NCBI GenBank assembly: GCA_965207375.1
Contig: CBDBMG010000002.1
Span: 672,001-736,000, forward strand
Reading direction: 5' to 3'
Length of the DNA: 64,000 nt
From: Nitrosopumilaceae archaeon
GTDB lineage: Archaea > Thermoproteota > Nitrososphaeria > Nitrososphaerales > Nitrosopumilaceae
Position numbers and translations under genes: made by a program. The notes under the pieces are model-generated. The model searched no databases. It was not told the origin of the DNA and worked only from the letters and a program-made list of their open reading frames with translations. Each line of letters starts with the position of its first letter. Within the stretch, counting starts at the first letter, position 1. Positions 56,559 to 64,000 of the stretch are shown one piece after another.

Positions 56559-56901
56559 ATTTACTAAGACACTTGTTGACACTGGCTGACCACACAGGGT
56601 ATTAGCATAATTAGTGCTGCCTATGCACAATCTATGCAGTCAATTATCAAAGCATTTTTACAACACTTTGAAATTAAATTGTCTTATTAATCGCTACTAA
56701 AGGTAGTTCTTGGCCATCCACTTCAGCCATTAACAATATTTGAGCCATTAGTGATTTGCGAGCCATTAGTAGTGATTTGTGTGATATGCGATAATCCGAC
56801 CGTACACTGCGATAGCTTAGCTACTGTGGATTAACACCTCTCAGACAGGCTGCTAGATTAATCATCAGGTCATTACGTTCTACAAATTCTATCTAAACAA
56901 T

Positions 56902-57464
56902 AGACTCTTTCCAAAACTACGCCCACCAGGAAAACCCCACGGACGCCATTTTGAATGGGGCCAATTAATATTATTACATTGAAATTCCGTATAATTGTTG
57001 TGTTCCTGTTAGCCTTTGAAAAGGGTATAGAAGCCTAATGTTGACATTAAAGACAAGATTTCATATGTTTTGCAAGTGCCATAAGCGAATTAGGGCGAAA
57101 CGATGATTACGCTAGTCGGGTTGGTATGTCGCTTATTTGTTAGCTTGTAGTAGCTACAAGGGCTTTTAACACGAAAACAAGTTGTACAACAACGTAAATA
57201 CAACTGTGTAGCATATTTTCTCTTCATACTAAAGCTTTTAGCTTATTAATATGCACATAATATCCGAAAAATCAACGTCGCAGCATTAAGGCATTCCATG
57301 GTAACGATTAGCCTAGGAAGACACTAGTATGGCTGACTTTGACTGCTTTTGTCAGTTCACTGGCCATACGGTTGATTTTACCATACAATGGCTAACATTG
57401 TGGCCCCATTCAAAATGGCGGAACAAATGTTACTATGACAATTACGTATTTTTGGAAAGAGTCT
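56902..57464. mobile_element. MITE, PIF/Harbinger/ISL2EU-like
   Basis: TIR agactctttccaaaa / ttttggaaagagtct; inner inverted gccattttgaatggggcca; AT flanks. Confidence 0.75.
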
Positions 57465-58049
57465 ATAGGCTTGTGTTGTGTCTGGGACGGCCAACTGAGC
57501 TTCTGTGGCTTGCCTTGGTTCTTATGCACTAAACGGGGTAGCAAGCTGACCGGGTTGAGCCAATTTTTTTGGGCCCACTTTCAACTTAGAAAATTTTTTG
57601 TTAAATAATTTTCTTTTTGATAATTAAAAATTGTTGAATAATACGGTACTATGAAAGTGTGCTGTTTACCGCACGTGACGTATAGCGTTATCTAGAAGGT
57701 ATTAACTTTCTTCAGCGATGGACCACGTGTCTCGCTTTGGCCGAACAGTTCGTTGCTGATTAAGTGTATGCAGTGTGGATTCTTCGTTAGATTTCTTCGT
57801 CATTACAAGCCTTGAGAATAAGTGATGTTAGGTGGGCGTAAATTAGAACTTGGAGAGAATATTTATCTGTGTTGAAATATTATACTGTGTTGGCTAATCA
57901 GTTAGAGAGTTTCTGTTGTGTGATACTTGTTGAGCTAGTTAGCTAGTTTCTGTGTATGTCTTTAGTTTTACATAGTAATAGATAATAGCCTACATGGTTA
58001 TTGCATAAAACTTATGATTGTATGATGAATGATATAACTAGTATGATCC

Positions 58050-60490
58050 ACTAACACAGTGTATTGCTACCACTTTCCTGCATTTTGGGTCCCGCTGATT
58101 ATGCTTTTCTGTAAAGAGTGCTGCCGCTTTCCTTTAGGAGTTTTTCTTGCTGGAATTTCATGGACATCAGTGTAAGTAGCAAGTTTCATTCCTTTAGGCC
58201 TTCCTTGGAGTGCTTTTTCTTTTCCTCTAGATATTGCTCCCCTTCGCCTTCCGCGCTCTTTGCATTAATAGCAATTCTTCTCCCACGACGAAAATGCCCT
58301 CCTTGACTACTACTGGTACTACCACCAAATACCCAACCAAACCTGTGTAGTGCACCGATAATGTTGGAATGCAATTAACACTAGGCACCCCATGGTGTTT
58401 TACAATAGCTGCTTGGTGTGAACATGGTGAGCCATCTTGCCCACCCATGCAACTACAAATTCCAATACTCATGTCCACAAAATACTTTACACCCCTTTCT
58501 GTTTGATTTTCTACCAAGTAAGTTTGGTCATCCTTGTCCAAAATTGAAATCTGGTCAACAGCTATGCCTGAACATTTCATTCCTTGATACTTAATGGAAA
58601 TGTAGCGGTCAACTCTGTTGTGGGCAACACTTAAGAGCTTCCTTGAATAGTACATCTCCAGGCATTCTGTTATAAAACTGAACATTTGAACAATATTATA
58701 GGCCTTAACCCAATTAAAGACTAAATCTTTGACAATTCTAATACCAGCTTCTGCGTAATTGTTGGTGTGATTTCCCCTGACCAGCAAATGCTTTCTGTAA
58801 CAAATAGCCCACACCTTTCTTTGACCCCAGTGGGATTCAATATATGCTGAATACTAGGGATATTTCTTTACCAATTCACACTTAAATTCATCATACAAAC
58901 TAATAGCTTACTTTCTGTAGCTGCATACACCAGCTTCTTGGTTTTTAGCATTAGAAGTTGGCGGTCCTCATTGCGGATGCGATTCTGGCCAGTATGCAAC
59001 CATGTCCATTTGCTTTGCAAAAAATGGAATGTGCAGAGCAATAGCCATGTATCTGGCCAAACCTTTTGTAAGGCATTTCTTTCTGCACTGCAGTCATCGG
59101 TCATTACAATTGCAGGCCCTCTGTCAGAACCACAACCGTAAAATGCATTTTCTGGCACCACACCCTTGATCATTTCTAACCCTTGCTTTATGGTACTTTC
59201 CTGTTCATCAGATGTTATCATTGCAGCTAAAGGAAGCCCACCTATAGGATAAGATGTAGAGAAAATAAAAAGCGATGTGTTGAAGCGGTCTAGAGATGAC
59301 GTGCTATCGCAGAATACCATTTCTGATGCCTATCTTATGTGTTGGTGTACTCTACTCATCAAAGGAGTGCAAATTATTAGTATCATTAGTTGCTCTGTTT
59401 GTATCTTTTTAGCTTTCTTTGGTTTAGGAGCAGCATCACCATCTGCTTCTGAATCAGAATCAGGGCTTACAGTAGGCAAGCCTTTAAAGATTTGTAGTGT
59501 TGCTTTCCCCCCATCAGTAGAATAGGCATCATTATACGCAGCTATCTCATTGTTTAGCTAATCAAAGAGTGGTTTACCTTGATCTGGTCCTAGATCTTTT
59601 TTTCGCCACTCGTCATACAATCGGTAGAAATCAGCTTTGGTTGGATTGATATTCCTATCTGCTAACAGTAACTGATTCTCTTCATGCTCCAACAACAATT
59701 TGGTCTCATGCCAGTGATGGGCCGATGATGCTCTATGACCCTTCAAAAAATAATCAAAGATTTGATTACGGGTTTCTTTAGCAATAGGCCTAAACGAAAG
59801 CGCATGTGCAGATTCAACAGGATGATTATGCGTAAATGATATGGCTAGAACAGTGGGGTGTGTAACAAGAAAAGGTAATCTGTTTGATGAAAATTTGTCA
59901 TGCTTGGTTGGTATGTTTACAGTAAGTTTCACTATAGATGGACATTCGGTCTTCTTGTTGCGTACATCATGCATCAATGCTTTCCTTGCATTTTTACACC
60001 TAGCAAAGGCACTTTGGCTCTGCTGCCTTGGTATAAGGCTCTTTTTAAAATGCTGGCAATGCATTTCTGCTTTGAACATAACACGCTTCAATCCTGGTGC
60101 TCTTCCTTTGGTATGGCGATATGTACATTTGCTATGATCCATCATTTGCTCCAGCCACGATTGAGCCTCTTCTTTACTGTGTATATTAATGTGAAACAGT
60201 AGCCTCGAATGCATGACTTGGGGCACCAGAAAAAGTATAGGTTGGTGCTTGAGTAAAACTAGTTACTACATATGTTAGGCTCTTTCCATTAGGAAGAACA
60301 CTTTGTAAAGAAGCGCAAAGATCTTCCCACGGCAAAACAGTACCGATGCCTACATCTGGCTCTGTTTCTGTTGATAAGGGAGAAGTGTCAGCTTCAACTT
60401 CACATTCTTTGCCTATGTCTTCATTTGTGGACTGAATCAAATTGTTTTCAGGTATCTCATCTGCTACACCCACATATTTTGATACCATGA
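58050..60490 (-). pseudogene. MULE transposase with SWIM finger, frameshifted
   Basis: HNHP, VFCDSTSSLDR, GGLPLA, MTDDCSAERNAL..LLCTFHFLQ, WA..R..TNNYAEA, CSC..PCSHQ across ORFs 60186-60488, 59558-60226, 58868-59320 and 58227-58814. Confidence 0.88.
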
Positions 60491-61597
60491 TGCTAGCAGA
60501 ATGATCTATTTCTAATGCCTCATCCTCTATGGATTAAAATGCAGTGACATTACATTCCCCATGGTTTATTGTACCTTTACTGGCCAAACACTGATCTGAC
60601 AAACTAGTTACTTTTGAACTATCCAAAATGCTACCTGTGTTGTGTGAAACCTGAATTGAACAATTCTCCACTTCATTTGCAATATGCAATCGAATACCAT
60701 TCATATCACTCTAAAAGGATACCAGTAATAAAATTGGCTATGTATTATGTGTATACCTGAGAGAAATGCAGCAGTATACACCTTGCATACTATATAATAG
60801 AATTATAATTAATAATATAAAATTTACAAATATGATTTGTGCACCAACCTGCATAATAAACACTCCACAGTCAGTATCAGTAAGCTGTCGAGGGATATCC
60901 TGCAAAAACAGTTGATCATTTTCTTACAAATGCTTAACTACCTTTTCATGAATAAACTGCCATTCTTGCCATGGGAAGGGCAATAATCCCTGTGATTGTG
61001 TTTCCTCATCAAGAAACTTTTTGTAATTTTTAATAAATTATACATAACATATTGTATAATATTTGATCTTTTGCTTTGGCTTGTTGCCATTTCATTGAAC
61101 AATTATCTACTTGTTTATGGAGGCATAATTCCCGTATGTTTCTACACCTCTTCAGTTTGTTGGCTGTCAGCCCTCTGTGGGAGCTGAACCCTGAAGTGGA
61201 CTCTCCCGCCCATGGTTTTAGCCATTGGGCTTGTGATTATTTTATTTACATTTTCCCTGGTGGTTTTTGCCACTCTGAGCTACCAGGATGATTTTATTAT
61301 GACTTATGAAAATTGATGAGCCTAGCTCACCATATCACTATGACGATGTTGTTGAAGAATAGTCAATAAGTGTACAGTTTGTCCTAATGCTCTTACTGAT
61401 AAGGTGAAGGAGGCTGATAAACAAGAGGGGTAGTCAGAAGCAGTTCTTGTCATTATCAGAGGATGATTTTGTAACAATTTTTGATCACAAGTCTTTTAAA
61501 TTGTAATAATTGTATAAATCTTTAAAAAACTATAACAAATTGTTATATATTTATCTTTTGTATCTATTTTACATTTAATTTGCAATACATTTGTATT

Positions 61598-62540
61598 ATT
61601 AAGTACGATAGTGCTTAATAGTAGGGATTGGTAGGAAATCATATGGCTTCCGGAAAATTTCACGCTTTAAAAATCAACCTTGCAATAGGCTTTACCCGAA
61701 AAAACCGGCTGGAATGCATTGGTAAGGCTGTAATGATGCTGTACCTTGGTTAACGAAGCGACAAGTCGAATATTTCGACCTACAGCCAACTTTGAAAATT
61801 TCGAAATTTACCTGTATTTCGTCTGCCAGCCGGACGGACGGCCAGCCTGCCGTAAGACCCGGTTGCACTGGGTGTAGGGCTCCAGAAATTTCACACAATA
61901 AAGGTAATGGCGGCAGATTTACGAAAATGTTGTTCCGAAGACGATTTACCCACTGTGCGCCATGGTGATTCCTTTTATCCTTCTTCCCTTCCTTGTTCTT
62001 CTATATTCCTTTAGTAAGGTGCGAATCTCACCGAAGGTGACAATAGCCTGTAACGGCTTCTGCTTATTACGTCACACAAAAGCCTGGCTTGCACGTGATA
62101 TAATCAGTTTAATACAGTGGCACGATGTTTTCGCGAAGCATAATTATTACGTAAGCGCCTGTAACATTTTGTGCGCCTGGTGAAAGATTATTATGAATGC
62201 TTAGCATGTATAAAAAGCAAACAAACTAGAATGATAAAAAATAAAAAATTTAAAAGGTAAGTAGGGATTGAATTCAATAGTGCTACAAAAAGTAAGGAAA
62301 CAAGGAATAAGATTTTGGGACGAGAGAACATTCTGGCATGAGATAATTTATAAAAGTTTAATCCCTACTTTGGCAAACTTACTAAAGTTTGCCAAAGTAG
62401 GGATTAAACTTTTATAAATTATCTCATGCCAGAATGTTCTCTCGTCCCAAAATCTTATTCCTTGTTTCCTTACTTTTTGTAGCACTATTGAATTCAATCC
62501 CTACTTACCTTTTAAATTTTTTATTTTTTATCATTCTAGT
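61598..62540 (-). mobile_element. Second copy of the palindrome-ended element, nested in the MuDR
   Basis: Reverse-complement homologue of 28301-29333; palindrome at 62226-62540. Confidence 0.85.
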
Positions 62541-64000
62541 ATACATTACATTTTGTATATATTTAATCTATTTTACATTTTATATTTTAATCCATCCAAT
62601 CCACCTCAATGATGATCCAAGACATCAATCACAATAATATTAACACGTATTTTGTACATTAATACCTGATCGTATCTGATCCAAAGTAGACACAATTGTC
62701 TGGTATGAGTGAGTCATAATACCTCATGGTCTTGGTTTTTGGGGTGACAACCTAACGCAAGACGGTATACAAGTTAACGTACGTACATAGATAAAAGTTG
62801 TTGCTTGTACCATTAGTGTCCAATGATTGTATCCATAATTTAGATACCACAAAATCACATCAGCTCCAACTACATCCTAAATATGTCAAAGGTAATTGTA
62901 GCTAAATCACATATATTTACATACCTTCCGAGTTTTCCAACACCGGGTTGCTTCTTTGTGCCCTTTAGTAATGAAAGAGTCAAAATACTGACTTGATATA
63001 ACTTCTACATTGGTTCCATATTTCTAAAAATAATATAATATGCTTTTAAACAATTCAAAGAGCTAGTAAGTTGGCACGTAGACATGCACACATGAATCAA
63101 CAAAGGCATAAATCAACAATAGCATAATAATAATCATCAAATCTCACCCTTTTAGCTTCTGCAGCCAGTAACTTCAAATACACTCCAATCACCTGTCGAC
63201 AAGGATGCACAATTACTGTAACCATGTGAAATCTGATTTACTTACAGAGATCAATATGTTAAAAGGAATGACAAACATTGTATTATGTCTGTTACCACTA
63301 ATTTATCTTTGAAACAATTTCTTTATGCACCTATAACACCACATCCCCTCGGCAGTAGGTGGCAGGAAAATGTTATCCCACTATGGGGCACTGACAATTT
63401 TTCATTAAGCGCCAAAGTAATTTTGTGCAACTTTAATACTATTCAACTGGATTTGACACAATAGGTGTATTTCACTATGGAGCATTTGTCAATTTCCCAC
63501 ATATTCCCGAGTGGGTGCAACTGATAGGTGCATGATTAAGCCTGATAGCTTTCAGTGCTGGCACTTAGCCAACAGGTACTTACATAATCTGAGACGCAAC
63601 GTCCTTCTCTTAAGCTAAATAAGTCCGCTTGCCTCGCCATTGCATGGACAGACGTATTATCCACAGTAATCTTCACGCTCAACACTCCAGTAACTCCGCT
63701 GGGCCGAAAGTGTCAATCCAAGTCTTGGGAGACTCTTGTCAAAGAGTAGCCAATCCCCTTACAAGCCGAACAGTAGAGTTGAAATAGAGTCAATGCGAGC
63801 TGAGTGTCCACACTTAAATTTGCGCGCGAGCGATGACGCTATACGTCACGTGCGGTAAACAGCACGCTTTCATAGTACCGTATTAATCAACAATTTTTAA
63901 TTATCAAAAAGAAAATTATTTAATAAAAAATTTTCTTGAAAGTGAGCCCAAAAAATTGGCCGTTATGGTCTCGAAAATGGCTTTACATGTTTTTGTTTTG

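Larger units (their letters stand above)
57559..63960 (-). mobile_element. MuDR/MULE DNA transposon with ~130-bp TIRs, decayed
   Basis: 57559-57692 is the reverse complement of ~63832-63960; TSD not found. Confidence 0.8.

Overview
This is AT-rich eukaryotic DNA with short GT-AG introns, most likely from a non-bilaterian animal such as a demosponge (inferred, not proven). It consists almost entirely of nested transposable elements and their remnants. The best-preserved coding units are a Kolobok/Mutator-like DDE transposase (525-3098), a CRE-like RT plus restriction-like endonuclease retroelement inserted in the (AAT)n tail of an L2/CR1-type LINE, a near-complete hAT element (36224-39205), and an apparently intact ISL2EU-type element (44078-47750). 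The ISL2EU element carries a THAP-DDE transposase and a convergent SAP-SWIM-YqaJ nuclease, and sits inside a hAT MITE inside a Gypsy LTR element. A decayed MuDR element with long TIRs occupies about 57559-63960. Also present are many MITEs and hairpin elements, several Gypsy fragments, an isolated NIF3L1 terminal exon, and pseudogenes (SAM-HECT ligase, DEDDh exonuclease, RPA-like OB protein). The most striking unexplained structures are a ~125-bp tandem repeat that reads as an array of 69-nt exons each encoding one 23-aa STPR repeat, divergent from an RPA-like gene (probable Helitron relic), and a stack of CRE 3' ends separated by (AAT)n. No rRNA, tRNA or CRISPR array was seen. Family names come from motif recognition by eye, and some coordinates are approximate.
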